Shown here piece by piece: positions 38,605-49,976 of a DNA stretch of 64,000 nucleotides. Source of the DNA: a virus; the IMG/VR virus record IMGVR_UViG_3300030108_001677, positions 1-64,000 of that record. One strand, given 5' to 3'. The notes under the pieces were generated by a model. The model did no database searches. It saw only the letters and a list, made by a program, of their open reading frames with translations, and was not told the origin of the DNA. A program made the position numbers and the translations under genes. Each line of letters starts with the position of its first letter. Positions within the stretch are counted from its first letter, which is position 1.

Positions 38605-41600
38605 TCACCAAGTGTTCCTCGCATTATAGAGATTGGCGACTTGCTGGGCTGTCATACCATGATTCCACATAGCCATTTCACTAAGCACCCCTTTCCAATA
38701 TCTTGGGTCATTATTACCACTACCGTGTGTTCCGTGATAATAACCCGGATAATTTGAAGGGGCTAAAAGATCTATTCCAACACAGTGCATGTATGATGAT
38801 TTACCATAAAGACCACTTGCCAACGCATTACCAACACCAATTGTTTGTGGTAAGTGCCTTCCACTGTCCAACGCTAACGGTTCAAGTAAAGTCCACGGTG
38901 CATACGCCTCCAATACTCCATTGACATAAAGTAATGCTTGTGTTGATGTTGGGTTTCTTGTGATTACTATGTGCTGATATTCGCTCTTTGGCCTATCGGT
39001 GATTTCAGCCGATACCACAACATCAGTGCCATTGTTGTGCGGTGTCATTACCGCCACACGATATGAAAATACTCCGCTTGAAGAACCTTGCTTTGAAAAT
39101 ATTGACACGCCTAACCCTTTGTAATCGGCTTGGCCTGTATTGATAAAACCGTGATACACCGGACCGTTACCCCATGCTTGACTTGACCAATTGCCAGTAT
39201 CACCCGGTAAGAAAAAGAAAGAAAGCGTGTATTGTGATGTTGCATCGTCAACCCATTCATCTTGTATGGGCACTAAACTTGGAACATTGGTAAGGGCGTT
39301 GTTGTTATTTACCACTAAGTCTTTGTCGTGCAAGGCGATTGCGAATGCTGATGTGTGGCCGTTGGATAATACCCCTTTACAACTTGGATCTGCTGTTGGT
39401 CCGGCCACTAATGCAACAGTGTCGCTTCGATTGACATACACTTTAGAGCCATGAATTGTGTCTATGGCTAACTTCTTTCTTGCCTGTGGCTGTCCTAATT
39501 CCTCTTGGCTCATTGGTAAATACCAAAGGCATGTGTTCCTTGTATCTAATGTATTGGCGGCATCGGGCAAAGCCCCAGTGACAACTGTGTTCACTTGATG
39601 GTGCATCCCACGATATGTGTTAGAATTTACAGTATCTTCATTTTTCAATTCACTAAAATCAAGCACTGCGGCTGATGTTTGCACGCCTTCTAAATTTTGG
39701 AAACCACTGTTTCCAGCCGGACCTTTAGAATAATGGTGGGTATAGAAATCACTGTAATCGTTATCGGTTCCATCGCTTATATCGAAGGTCACGCCTGTAT
39801 GACCACCACCAAAGAATAGAATGCCGTTGGCATCAACAAGCGGGTTTAGTAATTTGACAGGCACTTCTTTCAGTGCGCCCGTGTTATCATAAAACAAATC
39901 TTTCCATTTCTTACCAAGTGTTTTGTCTAAGGGTTGTGTGTTAGCCAAACCAATACACGAACCTACACCGGAAACCTTGCTTGGTGGAACACCATTCACA
40001 CCTGTGATTATGTCATCAAATTCTCCTAAATGTTGACCATCAACCAAGATTAATCCTTTATTCTCCCTTGAGATCGTTCCTTTAATTCTATACAATATGT
40101 CCAGTGCTTTGCGCTCAACCATGAGGGTTGGTTGAGATTCGGGGTCATAATTTGGAATTGCATCTCCATTCTCAAATTGCGGTAGCGACACCGTGTTAAA
40201 CTCAAACTCTTGACCAACTCCTTCGTAAGTCCGAAGGTTATTATCAGCATCGCTTACAGCCCCATGCACACCCCCTTGAAATGTAGTTATGGGCAAGTGT
40301 GTTTCACCATCCATACCTAACGGTAAAGGCACGGGGAACGCACCCGCTTGATATGAACGGCTGTTGGTAGCCAATAGGCCACCGTGACCTACCGCTTGTA
40401 TTGGTCTGTATGGGTATGGACTTTCATTGTTTATCCACACTGCAAAGTTACGACCCGAAGCACCCGGCACGGTGCTGTGGATTACTATTGACAGTCCTTC
40501 TTCACCATCCCTGCTCTCAACGGTTTGTCCTAAGAACGCTCTCAAATAACCCATGTGAGAGCCAGTATCGTTACTTGCTACAACAGTGTGTTGACCGGCA
40601 GTGTTTGTGAACAAAGGCGGAGGGTCGAAGGCACTACCGCCCTGCAAATTCTTTGCGTTAGGATGTCCGGCTTGATTGATACGCCTTATTAATTCATCAA
40701 CAGCATCTTCAAATTTGCTTACTGTTCCAACACTGGCAATATCGCCCAGTTTTATTTTCATAGGTCTAACCCAATCAAGTGTAAGACCATCGCTTCTTTT
40801 TCCTTTTAATGACAAATAACCACTGCGGCATTCAACAGGCGGAACCAATGGTTTGGTATCTTGCGAATAAAGATAATTTCCGGGGTCAAAGGTAAAACCT
40901 TCCATAGTCGGACCATCATATATCAACACAGTATTCGGGTCATTGGGATCTAAATGTATTCCGCTTCTATCTGTAACTCCGTTTGTTATTGTCCTACCAA
41001 GTGCAAATGTTTTTTCTAACGGACCAATAAAAGACTGTGCTACGGTGCTTTCAGTGCTGTTCGCACCTACCACACCAGCGTTTAATGCGCTAAAATTGCC
41101 TTCAAGCGCAGTTTGAGTATTAGGAATAACATAATTAACTGGTGGAAATCCTACTCCAACACCGTTTGCGTTAGTCAACCAACTACCCATAACGACAGGC
41201 AACCCAGCAACAATAACACTTTTCAACCCAGCATAACTTAGGTTATTATCTTCAAAGTCTTGGTATGCGTTAAAGTATAATCTGCTTTCGCTACCGACTG
41301 TTAGTGCTTGATGTATGTGTAATCGTATGCCTTTTTCACTGATGATGCCCTCTCCTACGGTTACTACAAAACCCGTATTGTCAAATGGTTCTGTTGCTAA
41401 GGGGGCAGTGACATAATTCCCAGTGTTAGTGCCTTCAAATCCACCTTCTTCGCCTTGTATAAAGGGTAAGATTGAGTCAACTAAAAGGTATGTGCCAAAG
41501 TGCGAAAAGTCTGCATTGTTATTACCTCCACCAAGCACAACTTGTGTGTCGCTGGCCGCACCACTATATGATGCGGCACGGGTGAAAGTGGATGATGATT

Positions 41601-43668
41601 CACGCATGGCTCTTATCCAAAAATCACTTACAACTTCATTGATGGTTAATGCTTGGACTTTGTTTTTAGCACCCCAGTCAATTGCGTTTCGGCTTTCATA
41701 GTCTTTCATTTGTGGCCTATTCATAGCGGTCATTGTTGCATCTAAAACCAATTCCATAGACTTGTTAGAAGGCAGTGGTGAACGCTTTTTAGTGCTGGTC
41801 GCTAAACGCTGTTCAACATCGAAAAACATAGATGGGAATAATGGTAACTCAACTAAAGCACGGGTTGAGGCATAATAGGTTGATGTTTGCTTATCGTTTC
41901 GCACCGATGGATTATCCGCCCCAATCACTTTGTCTTTCCATACAGGCAAGAAAGAATGCTCGGTTCTATCGGGTTTGATGTCTATACCGCCCTGTCCTAA
42001 TCCAGCCATAGTTAGACTTACTGACGGTGAACCCAAGTCACCGATTTCTTTTATTGCGTAGCCATCGGTTAGACTAAAATCTCTTTCAACTATTCGATCT
42101 GTTATGTCCATTAATTGTGATTTGCCACGAATCAAAACACCCCCAGTGTTAGACTCACTGTTCGGTGCTATTTCCTCAACACGACCTTTCATTGTCAACA
42201 AATTGACTTGACATATATGCGGGCTATCGCTGTTTGTTGTTGTTGAAATCGTGTTAAGAATACCACTACGCTTTCGATTCTTTGGATGTATTAACAATAA
42301 ATTCAAATCATTGTCTTTAACATTGTCAATTATGTCAAACTGCTCAAATGTGATAGGTCTTAACGATGTCCTGTGTCTTGATATAGGTTGATTGTAATGG
42401 TTCCCATCAGTGTTACCGGTAGCGGCTGGCACCTTCTCTTTCTTAGGGGATATAACCGATAGCGTATGGTAAGATGATAGGCTTTTCTTAACCGGGCTGA
42501 TAGTGTTAGGTATGCCTTTTGGTCGCCCGTATGCGGATAATTTTGGATTACGACCAACTGAAATAGCCTCTTGTATTATTGTATGTGGACAATTAGACAC
42601 ATCAATAAATGGAGAAAGTGTTTCATCACCAGTCGGATTGACACGCATTACATGGTCTTGTGGTGGCTTATTGAAATTAGCCGATGGTAATGATATAATG
42701 CCACCGGGTGCGGCTATCTCAAGTGCATCCGGTAGCGGAATGGTGGAATTAGGGTCGGTAGGATCTCCCCCATCTGCTATGAAGCGTGCATCAGTGAATG
42801 GCCTTTTCAACCAATCAGCAAGTGTTCTGTTGCGGATTGTTTGTGTTGTAGTATCTGTAAAAACAGTGTTTGAGTCCGGCACTGTCTTTTCAACAATCAA
42901 CCAAGATTTTTTACCACCTACACCCCCAACAGTGTATGACATTCCTTGTATGTCATTTTTGTCGTTTTGGAATTGTTGCCAAGCGGCCACATTACCTACT
43001 GTAAGAAAATTAGGGTCGTCTTTGTATGCGGCTATAACCTCACCGGACAGGTCTATGGCGTTGTAGTGAACCTCGACCACACTTGGCAAGCCACCACCGT
43101 TGATACATTCACTTGGAATAGTTATTTTTGCTATTCTTGATTCTTTTTCCGGTGTCAAGTGCCTTATGTATTCTTGATTTGTTGGCTTAGTCCGGTCGTT
43201 TGTGTCAAACAATGCACGGTGTTCGGTATCAAGACCCTTTAACAAAAACGGTCTTATGTCCTCAACGGCAATTGCTAATATAGAATCGGCTGTGCTTGAA
43301 GGATAAGTGCCGGTCAAGTCTGTATTACCTTGTCCACCCTGCACAATAATTGAAGAAACTTCTTGACCGTTACCTTGTATAGATTCAAAGGTTGATACAA
43401 CACTGTTTGTAATAACATCTAAAGCCTCTCCTTGATACACTGTTTCAGTAATATTGACATTATCATTTAATGAAACAACGCTACCAATAGAAGCATCTTC
43501 ATAAGTGGATTCAAACCTGTCGGCTATACCTTGAACCGTGCGTGTAACTACCTCTTTGTTGGGCTGTGGTAACTTCGCTAAGAAAAAGTGTCCTTCGACT
43601 TTGTTGTATGAAGTAAATCCACACTGACCAACAAAATCATCAACGGCTTCGGGTAGTGTAATTGTCAT
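38605..43668 (-). CDS. Large tail protein with C-terminal LamG/concanavalin-like domain
   Basis: YTLSFFF...QHIVIT...LYVNG...WKGVLSEMAMWN...QVANLY. Confidence 0.75.
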   Translation of the reverse strand: MTITLPEAVDDFVGQCGFTSYNKVEGHFFLAKLPQPNKEVVTRTVQGIADRFESTYEDASIGSVVSLNDNVNITETVYQGEALDVITNSVVSTFESIQGNGQEVSSIIVQGGQGNTDLTGTYPSSTADSILAIAVEDIRPFLLKGLDTEHRALFDTNDRTKPTNQEYIRHLTPEKESRIAKITIPSECINGGGLPSVVEVHYNAIDLSGEVIAAYKDDPNFLTVGNVAAWQQFQNDKNDIQGMSYTVGGVGGKKSWLIVEKTVPDSNTVFTDTTTQTIRNRTLADWLKRPFTDARFIADGGDPTDPNSTIPLPDALEIAAPGGIISLPSANFNKPPQDHVMRVNPTGDETLSPFIDVSNCPHTIIQEAISVGRNPKLSAYGRPKGIPNTISPVKKSLSSYHTLSVISPKKEKVPAATGNTDGNHYNQPISRHRTSLRPITFEQFDIIDNVKDNDLNLLLIHPKNRKRSGILNTISTTTNSDSPHICQVNLLTMKGRVEEIAPNSESNTGGVLIRGKSQLMDITDRIVERDFSLTDGYAIKEIGDLGSPSVSLTMAGLGQGGIDIKPDRTEHSFLPVWKDKVIGADNPSVRNDKQTSTYYASTRALVELPLFPSMFFDVEQRLATSTKKRSPLPSNKSMELVLDATMTAMNRPQMKDYESRNAIDWGAKNKVQALTINEVVSDFWIRAMRESSSTFTRAASYSGAASDTQVVLGGGNNNADFSHFGTYLLVDSILPFIQGEEGGFEGTNTGNYVTAPLATEPFDNTGFVVTVGEGIISEKGIRLHIHQALTVGSESRLYFNAYQDFEDNNLSYAGLKSVIVAGLPVVMGSWLTNANGVGVGFPPVNYVIPNTQTALEGNFSALNAGVVGANSTESTVAQSFIGPLEKTFALGRTITNGVTDRSGIHLDPNDPNTVLIYDGPTMEGFTFDPGNYLYSQDTKPLVPPVECRSGYLSLKGKRSDGLTLDWVRPMKIKLGDIASVGTVSKFEDAVDELIRRINQAGHPNAKNLQGGSAFDPPPLFTNTAGQHTVVASNDTGSHMGYLRAFLGQTVESRDGEEGLSIVIHSTVPGASGRNFAVWINNESPYPYRPIQAVGHGGLLATNSRSYQAGAFPVPLPLGMDGETHLPITTFQGGVHGAVSDADNNLRTYEGVGQEFEFNTVSLPQFENGDAIPNYDPESQPTLMVERKALDILYRIKGTISRENKGLILVDGQHLGEFDDIITGVNGVPPSKVSGVGSCIGLANTQPLDKTLGKKWKDLFYDNTGALKEVPVKLLNPLVDANGILFFGGGHTGVTFDISDGTDNDYSDFYTHHYSKGPAGNSGFQNLEGVQTSAAVLDFSELKNEDTVNSNTYRGMHHQVNTVVTGALPDAANTLDTRNTCLWYLPMSQEELGQPQARKKLAIDTIHGSKVYVNRSDTVALVAGPTADPSCKGVLSNGHTSAFAIALHDKDLVVNNNNALTNVPSLVPIQDEWVDDATSQYTLSFFFLPGDTGNWSSQAWGNGPVYHGFINTGQADYKGLGVSIFSKQGSSSGVFSYRVAVMTPHNNGTDVVVSAEITDRPKSEYQHIVITRNPTSTQALLYVNGVLEAYAPWTLLEPLALDSGRHLPQTIGVGNALASGLYGKSSYMHCVGIDLLAPSNYPGYYHGTHGSGNNDPRYWKGVLSEMAMWNHGMTAQQVANLYNARNTW

Positions 43669-46439
43669 CAAATACCCCACTTATCTTCAATATATTGCCT
43701 CACATCAGTCAATTCGTTTTGGTTTAATTCCTTCTTGTAAAAAAGAATTTCGTGAATCATAAACCCGCTTGGTGCCGTTCCTTCAAAAATTAACCCTCTC
43801 CTACCTTGACCTATGAAACCGAATAGGTTTATGCCAGCGTTGAATACATCGGAGAATGTTGCTGGGTTTCCTAACGGCCAATTGCCCTGTGGATCATCTA
43901 ACACAGGGTGAAAAACAAATCGGCTTGCACCCGGATTACCAGCGAATTGAGCGTTGTATAATGGGTTAGAACCACCAACTTCGGTGTAAAGCGACCAAGT
44001 GCCAGCATTACCGTTTTGTGGGTCACAACGCACTATAACTACTGATGGTGTTCCGGCAACTGGTGTTCCAGCCGTTCCTACTGATACCGGTCCAAAGCCA
44101 CCACCATCCATTAGTAAAGTCGGACCTACAACGGCTGGCAATCCAGCATCTAACTTTTGACTTCTATGACCAACACCAAACTTACTGTCAAACATATTCA
44201 ACGGCACATTAGGGTCGTATGGTGCGGGCGTTACCACATAAACAAAGGTGTATTTACCATTTGTGTGATTTACTTCATTGTGGAACGCACTGAATTGTTG
44301 CTTACCCTGTGGCACCAACAATGGGAGGCTTGGGATATATCCACGATAACCCACTGGATTGGCTGGGTCAAACGGTGCCATGCCTAATCGGCTACCAAAT
44401 TTATTGACCCAACCACTAAATATGGTCGGACCTGTTTTTCCTATTCTTGCCATTTCCCATTCTAACGGCATACCGCCAAATGAATGGAGTCCTTCACCTT
44501 CGGAAAACTCAAGAACCCAACCCATTTGTGTGTCCAAATCGTGTAAAAACGGCACACCTATTTGGCCTTGATAATTATAATCTGTAATGCTGGCCGCTTT
44601 CAAAGAACCTATACTGTTAGTGGCTGGGTTGTGTTTAACATAGATCCACGGAAACATAAACATCGGACCGGAATAAAATACCGCTTCCGGATGAAGTGTT
44701 GATTTGCTTTTCCACCAAGAAACTTCTGTCGTTTGCTTACCTACTTGTTGTCCGTGAGCATCAAACATATAACGAGGATCATTCCCATCCAGCCACAAAA
44801 TCAACTCATTTGTAAAAGGTGCAAGGTAATCAGCAGGGTTGAAAAGACCGGTTGTTTGTGATGGAGAAACACGATTTGCTTCGGTGTTTCGTGATGTTTT
44901 ACTGACCCAATAAGCATCATTCCCGAAGCCCGATTTGTCCGTAAAGAATTGACCTTGTGTGAACCTTGCTCTTGTCATTTGACCCTTCTTTCTCAATTTG
45001 CCACCATTGTCAATGATTAAGTCACCATTACCAAGCGTGAACCAAACAGGGGTATTATCGGTGTGTTCAAACAAAAACCCTTGAGTATGAGGATCTGCAT
45101 CAACATCAGCATCAATCAAGATACTGTTTTGCACTACTACCCTATCGTTTTGAAAATCTAACGCTATGATTCTTACTCTTTCAATAGGGTTTCCAATCGG
45201 ATCTAATGCTATCCCGCCATCGGTATCGGCATCAGTGGGATTAAAAGAATAAGATGAAAAGGGCAAGCCGGTGATAGGATCGGTGCCCGATGTGTTGACA
45301 ATAGCATTTAGACTGGACACAGGCAAGCCATCTGTATGATATGAGTCCTTTGTTACGATAGCACCTATGTCTAAAATTCGACTACCCCACCATGTTTGTA
45401 ATGGCAATTCTTCGACTGGTATTTTCAATAAGTAAGATGCAATTAATTCTAAAGCGGTTGCCTTACCAAAAGGATGATTTCTTATTTTGAATGTTCCATA
45501 ATCCATACCTGTGGCTAAAGAAATCGGATTAGTGACGGGTTGTGTTACTGCAACATTGGTAAAATCATACGCTACACATACCATCGGTAGTGGCATGTCT
45601 GCATCTTCATCTCCTGTTCCGTCAATAATCGGTGTAGTGAATGCGGGTGTCTTGTTGTTAAAGAAATACAAATCCGGCACATCAATTTCATCTTCAAAAT
45701 CCCATAAGCCTATGGTGTCTTGTGTCTTGGTAAGAGGCTGTAATTGTGGTGCTACAATCCCCCTGCTAATACGCACACTTTCGATAACGCCCCTGTATTG
45801 GCCGCCTGTTCCTCCGATGTGAAGATCCGATGAGAATGCTTTTGTTGTCCGTGTTTCACCACCAAAGTCTAACTCGCCAAACAACTCTCCGTTGACAAAG
45901 ACTCTTAGCCCCTCTCCTGTGAATTGAGCGTTAATGTAAAACATCGGATTGCCACTTAACGATAAATCATGAGGCAAATTGCCACCTACGCCGTATGTTC
46001 CACCTACGGCAAATTCATTTGCGGCTGGCGACCACAAGTGTGGGATAGTTAGAGTTTCTATTGCTTCACTATTCCCAGCATTTCGTGTCAAAACACTGAA
46101 ACTAAGATTTGCTGACTGGCGTATTTCACCAAATTTCAAAGTGTAACAGCCTTCTTTATGCACTATAACACCGCCACAATCCGGTATAACATAGGCTTCT
46201 ATTGTGAATGGTCCGATTAGATTGTTCAACGGATTCCCTTCGTTTGGAATATGTCTTAGGCCAATCTTTGGCTCATCACTGTTATATGAAGAAACTTTGT
46301 TGGTTATACCCTTTTTTTCAGCATGACCGCTTGGGAATAAATCAACACCGGTTTCTCTAAATGCACCAGTGGGAACAACCATGCCGTCAGTAAAGCCGTT
46401 CAACCGCACGGCTTGTGTGCTTACCCTCTCAACCGCCAT
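43668..46439 (-). CDS. Tail protein with LamG-like domains
   Basis: FTIEAYV...VFVNG...YRGVIESVRIS; LWLDGND...HEILFY...YIEDKWGI. Confidence 0.75.
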   Translation of the reverse strand: MAVERVSTQAVRLNGFTDGMVVPTGAFRETGVDLFPSGHAEKKGITNKVSSYNSDEPKIGLRHIPNEGNPLNNLIGPFTIEAYVIPDCGGVIVHKEGCYTLKFGEIRQSANLSFSVLTRNAGNSEAIETLTIPHLWSPAANEFAVGGTYGVGGNLPHDLSLSGNPMFYINAQFTGEGLRVFVNGELFGELDFGGETRTTKAFSSDLHIGGTGGQYRGVIESVRISRGIVAPQLQPLTKTQDTIGLWDFEDEIDVPDLYFFNNKTPAFTTPIIDGTGDEDADMPLPMVCVAYDFTNVAVTQPVTNPISLATGMDYGTFKIRNHPFGKATALELIASYLLKIPVEELPLQTWWGSRILDIGAIVTKDSYHTDGLPVSSLNAIVNTSGTDPITGLPFSSYSFNPTDADTDGGIALDPIGNPIERVRIIALDFQNDRVVVQNSILIDADVDADPHTQGFLFEHTDNTPVWFTLGNGDLIIDNGGKLRKKGQMTRARFTQGQFFTDKSGFGNDAYWVSKTSRNTEANRVSPSQTTGLFNPADYLAPFTNELILWLDGNDPRYMFDAHGQQVGKQTTEVSWWKSKSTLHPEAVFYSGPMFMFPWIYVKHNPATNSIGSLKAASITDYNYQGQIGVPFLHDLDTQMGWVLEFSEGEGLHSFGGMPLEWEMARIGKTGPTIFSGWVNKFGSRLGMAPFDPANPVGYRGYIPSLPLLVPQGKQQFSAFHNEVNHTNGKYTFVYVVTPAPYDPNVPLNMFDSKFGVGHRSQKLDAGLPAVVGPTLLMDGGGFGPVSVGTAGTPVAGTPSVVIVRCDPQNGNAGTWSLYTEVGGSNPLYNAQFAGNPGASRFVFHPVLDDPQGNWPLGNPATFSDVFNAGINLFGFIGQGRRGLIFEGTAPSGFMIHEILFYKKELNQNELTDVRQYIEDKWGI

Positions 46440-46443
46440 CTCA

Positions 46444-47709
46444 TCAAATCCCTATCAACTGCTCAACTGCGGCGAACCCAATGTTGAATGTATAGACCGA
46501 ATCACCTGCCGCATAGGCTGGTGTGAATGTCTGTATTACACCGGGTATTGCCACCTTTTGCTGGAAAAAAGGGTTAGGTCTGTTTAGAACCCCTCCTTCA
46601 ACAGTGACAGGATCGAAAGGTTCTGTATTATCTTCGGATGGGTAGTCTGTGCCCGGTCCGGATGGAATGATAAACTGCCTCAAGACCTCACCACTTGCCC
46701 CAGCAGTTATCATGGATTCGTAAGGCACCCTTAAACCAACGATATACTTCTTTACCGATGAAGATTCATCTATGTTCAACAATTTAGAAACATCAAATGA
46801 TGATAATGAATCGGGCAATTCAACTAAATCTCCCGTCAAGGCTTGTGGTGAAATCATACCACCACCAGCCGATGCGTTCATTGTCATATTCAACAAGTCT
46901 TGAACCTTATCTCCCTTGCTTTTGCGTGAGCCAGTCACGCCTCCTGTAAAGGCTGATACAAAGAAAGAGTTAGTCCAAACACTGCTGTTTGATACAAGAG
47001 GATCGGCACCTTTTATGACCGGCTTGTTACCCTTTTCACTTTTTACTGTATTAGTAATGGTAATCTTGCCATTACCTTGCCCCGCACCCCCCATTTGGTT
47101 GCTCAAAATTTGATTTGCACCTGCGCTTACTGTTGCAGTAACAACGGTATTTATGACCACCTGTGTCGCCGCAACTTGCACAAACGAATTACCTGCAACA
47201 GCCGTTTGTATTGCTGTGGCAACTCCGCCTATGTTGGTGACATTTTGTATATTGATGGGTATTGTGGACACACCACCAGTGATAGTGTTGTTGATTGCGC
47301 CTGTTTTGTCGAATTTCAAAACAATTGATTCTCCGTTACCAGCGTCAATTTGACCAGCAGTGCTAAATCTAATTTCCTTGCCATGCAAATCATCTTTTAT
47401 GTTTTGGGCGGATGCCTGTGCTACTGAAAGTGCGGTGGCTAATTGAGAAGCCCATGTCGTGTAATTGCCCGTTGCTCTTGTTAAATCAATCACACAAGAA
47501 GCGGCACTACCAGCCGATGCAAACTCATCGTCTGTGATTACCCCATCAATCGTAATGGACAACATGTTGCTGTTCAAATCTAAAGCGGCACGGGTAGCGA
47601 CAATCGGTATAGGCCATGTTGCTACCCCCCTTGTTACTGCAAACGAAATTTGTGATGCCTTTAATTCGATGATTTGTCCGTCTTTACGAATTAATTGTAT
47701 CATTGGCAT
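46444..47709 (-). CDS. Putative distal tail protein
   Basis: Immediately downstream of the tape measure gene. Confidence 0.55.
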   Translation of the reverse strand: MPMIQLIRKDGQIIELKASQISFAVTRGVATWPIPIVATRAALDLNSNMLSITIDGVITDDEFASAGSAASCVIDLTRATGNYTTWASQLATALSVAQASAQNIKDDLHGKEIRFSTAGQIDAGNGESIVLKFDKTGAINNTITGGVSTIPINIQNVTNIGGVATAIQTAVAGNSFVQVAATQVVINTVVTATVSAGANQILSNQMGGAGQGNGKITITNTVKSEKGNKPVIKGADPLVSNSSVWTNSFFVSAFTGGVTGSRKSKGDKVQDLLNMTMNASAGGGMISPQALTGDLVELPDSLSSFDVSKLLNIDESSSVKKYIVGLRVPYESMITAGASGEVLRQFIIPSGPGTDYPSEDNTEPFDPVTVEGGVLNRPNPFFQQKVAIPGVIQTFTPAYAAGDSVYTFNIGFAAVEQLIGI

Positions 47710-47711
47710 GA

Positions 47712-49286
47712 CTAAATCCCCCTACTAAACCCACCTTGTCTTGAACGGTTCTTGAATAATCGCCCAACTTCTTCGCCCACCATTCGTGCTATCCTACGGG
47801 GGTCGCCATTTGCACCACTTACATTGATGTTGATTGTGGTTTCACCGCCTCCCATATCACCCGCACTTTGTATAGTTACAGGTATGGTTCGGCCATCGGG
47901 TAGTGGCACTACTGCTTCTGTGCCGTGCAATTCAGCAGGGTAGCCGGACTTAGGACCAGTTACTACACCACCCCTTGCTAACTTCAACCCTTCAATGTTA
48001 ATTTTCGGCACATCGTCAAATGGATTAATCTTGTTAAATACGCCAATTACTTTGTTCAATAACTTCAATGCTGGTGAAATGAAGTCAATTAGGCTATTAA
48101 CGAATTGCTTGAAGAATGCCTTAACTCCGCTTAATACATCTTTCCAAACACCGCCAATTGATATTAGAATCTCCTTAACCTTGCCAAAGTCACCACGCAG
48201 TAATGCTACAAACGCACTAACAAGTTTCATGGCGGTTCTAACGATTCCCATAAAGATAGTCAGTATAAAGCCAAATGCGGCTATCAGCATTTTGTAGTAA
48301 GGTGCTATGTATGGATATACGAAACGCACGATCCTAATCACGATAGAAATGATGGCCGCCGCAAGGAACACTACGGTTGCTATAATCTCACTTACTAACT
48401 GGATTATGTCACCTATGAAAGCAAATATGCCGGAATTGACCAAGAAATCCATAAGATATTGGAATAATCCGACAACCATATCGAAGAATTGTTGAACACC
48501 ACCGTCACCAAGCGCACCCATTATCATATCCCATGCGTCAGCAAACCCTTCGTAAATTGTAACAATACCATCAAGCACTGCTTGTAAGAAACCGGATTCG
48601 GCTAAAGCAGTAATAAAGGACATGATGATGCCAGTTATCATTGTCCAATAGCCCATGAATAACTCCGCTACGAATGTTAAGGCATCAACAATACCATCCA
48701 CTACTGATTGGAAATCAAGACCATCGGGCAGTGTCAAATTATCTTTGAGCGTTTGCCATGTTTCTTTTATCTTAGCGATAGCGTTGTCAATAACGCCCAT
48801 CAATCCACCGATAATTGGCAGATCTTCTAACCACTTTCTAAGCGTTCCTCCACCTGTATCGAAAGCGGCAACAAGTAACATAACGACACCTACCACCCCC
48901 ATCATCAGCCCCATAAGCGGCAATATAGACATCAATAACATCTTGAAGAAACCACCAACCCCCTTGACAACACCACCAAGCAACATGAACGGTGCGGCAA
49001 GGACTGTGGCCGCCACACCCATACGCTCACTGGATTCTTCGGTTTTATCAGCCGATTCTTCCATAGTGTTGCCCAAATCTTGTGCTGGTTTGTTAGCATC
49101 AGTGAAGGTTGATGTAAGGCTCTTTACAGCCATGTCCACTTTCATGTATGTTTTCATCAAAGGACCGAATACCTTGAGCAACACACGGGTTTTATCGGGT
49201 AAAATTGTTAGAACATCGTTAAATTCTTGATAGGTAGCAATCAGATCCGCCATAGCGTAATTGTTTTGCTTTAACGAATTAGCCAT
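47712..49286 (-). CDS. Tail tape measure protein
   Basis: Amphipathic and hydrophobic helices; LARGGVV...HGTEAVVPL C-terminal motif; follows tail chaperones. Confidence 0.85.
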   Translation of the reverse strand: MANSLKQNNYAMADLIATYQEFNDVLTILPDKTRVLLKVFGPLMKTYMKVDMAVKSLTSTFTDANKPAQDLGNTMEESADKTEESSERMGVAATVLAAPFMLLGGVVKGVGGFFKMLLMSILPLMGLMMGVVGVVMLLVAAFDTGGGTLRKWLEDLPIIGGLMGVIDNAIAKIKETWQTLKDNLTLPDGLDFQSVVDGIVDALTFVAELFMGYWTMITGIIMSFITALAESGFLQAVLDGIVTIYEGFADAWDMIMGALGDGGVQQFFDMVVGLFQYLMDFLVNSGIFAFIGDIIQLVSEIIATVVFLAAAIISIVIRIVRFVYPYIAPYYKMLIAAFGFILTIFMGIVRTAMKLVSAFVALLRGDFGKVKEILISIGGVWKDVLSGVKAFFKQFVNSLIDFISPALKLLNKVIGVFNKINPFDDVPKINIEGLKLARGGVVTGPKSGYPAELHGTEAVVPLPDGRTIPVTIQSAGDMGGGETTININVSGANGDPRRIARMVGEEVGRLFKNRSRQGGFSRGI

Positions 49287-49590
49287 CTTGATACCCCAGT
49301 TTTGCGTTCATGCGCTCAAAGAAGTCAGCGTCACTTGTTGTTTTTACGCTACGCCCCTTATTACCGCCCACATCGTTCTCACGCTTTAATTTCTCCATCT
49401 CATTGGACTCTATTTCTTTATATGTGGACAGTATGTAGTAATCCATAATCACCTGTTCGGGTGGCATGTTATCCCACGCTTGTGGAGAACACTTGAAAAA
49501 ATGTGCAAGGAAAAACACTGGTAGTCTGTGTGCAATCACTGGGATTTTGTATTCGTCTATTGGCGTTTCGCCCTCTCCATCCCATGTCAT
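49279..49590 (-). CDS. Tail assembly chaperone, T segment (reached by -1 frameshift)
   Basis: The -1 frame from the slippery site at 49617-49626 runs open into this ORF. Confidence 0.75.
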   Translation of the reverse strand: MTWDGEGETPIDEYKIPVIAHRLPVFFLAHFFKCSPQAWDNMPPEQVIMDYYILSTYKEIESNEMEKLKRENDVGGNKGRSVKTTSDADFFERMNAKLGYQDG

Positions 49591-49613
49591 GAATGACCGA
49601 ACATCGTCAAGGG

Positions 49614-49976
49614 TTATCCCAAAGGGGCTGAACCGCCCGCAATACCACGCATCAAATCCTCAAACGAAGGCAGTATTGATTGTAGTGCTTCACCGACTTC
49701 GGGTTTGATGTTTAGCAATTGAGATGTTGTCAATGATGGTTCGGTCTTTTCGACACATGTTGTGATTACGAATTTCCAATAACCACCAAAGTCAATCTTT
49801 GGTGTCATATCCCCGCCATCAGCACTGATACTAACGAATTTTGTCAAAGCATTTTGACGCTCAAGCCAAGTCAATTGCTTGACCCATACCGTCATTTCGC
49901 CAAATGGCGTGTCAATTGTATGTTCTTCTGCTTCGTTTCCAATCAATAAATCATTCGCTGTCGCTTTCTCCGCCAT
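49614..49976 (-). CDS. Tail assembly chaperone G-like
   Basis: Between tail tube and tape measure; slippery site at its 3' end. Confidence 0.8.
   Translation of the reverse strand: MAEKATANDLLIGNEAEEHTIDTPFGEMTVWVKQLTWLERQNALTKFVSISADGGDMTPKIDFGGYWKFVITTCVEKTEPSLTTSQLLNIKPEVGEALQSILPSFEDLMRGIAGGSAPLG
49617..49626 (-). other. Programmed -1 frameshift slippery site
   Basis: GCC CCT TTG GGA TAA contains C CCT TTG and T TTG GGA (X XXY YYZ) just before the stop. Confidence 0.8.

Noticed and set aside
29265-46439. Diversity-generating retroelement or invertible cassette in tail genes
   Set aside because: No reverse transcriptase or invertase in the window, and no near-identical DNA repeat pair noticed
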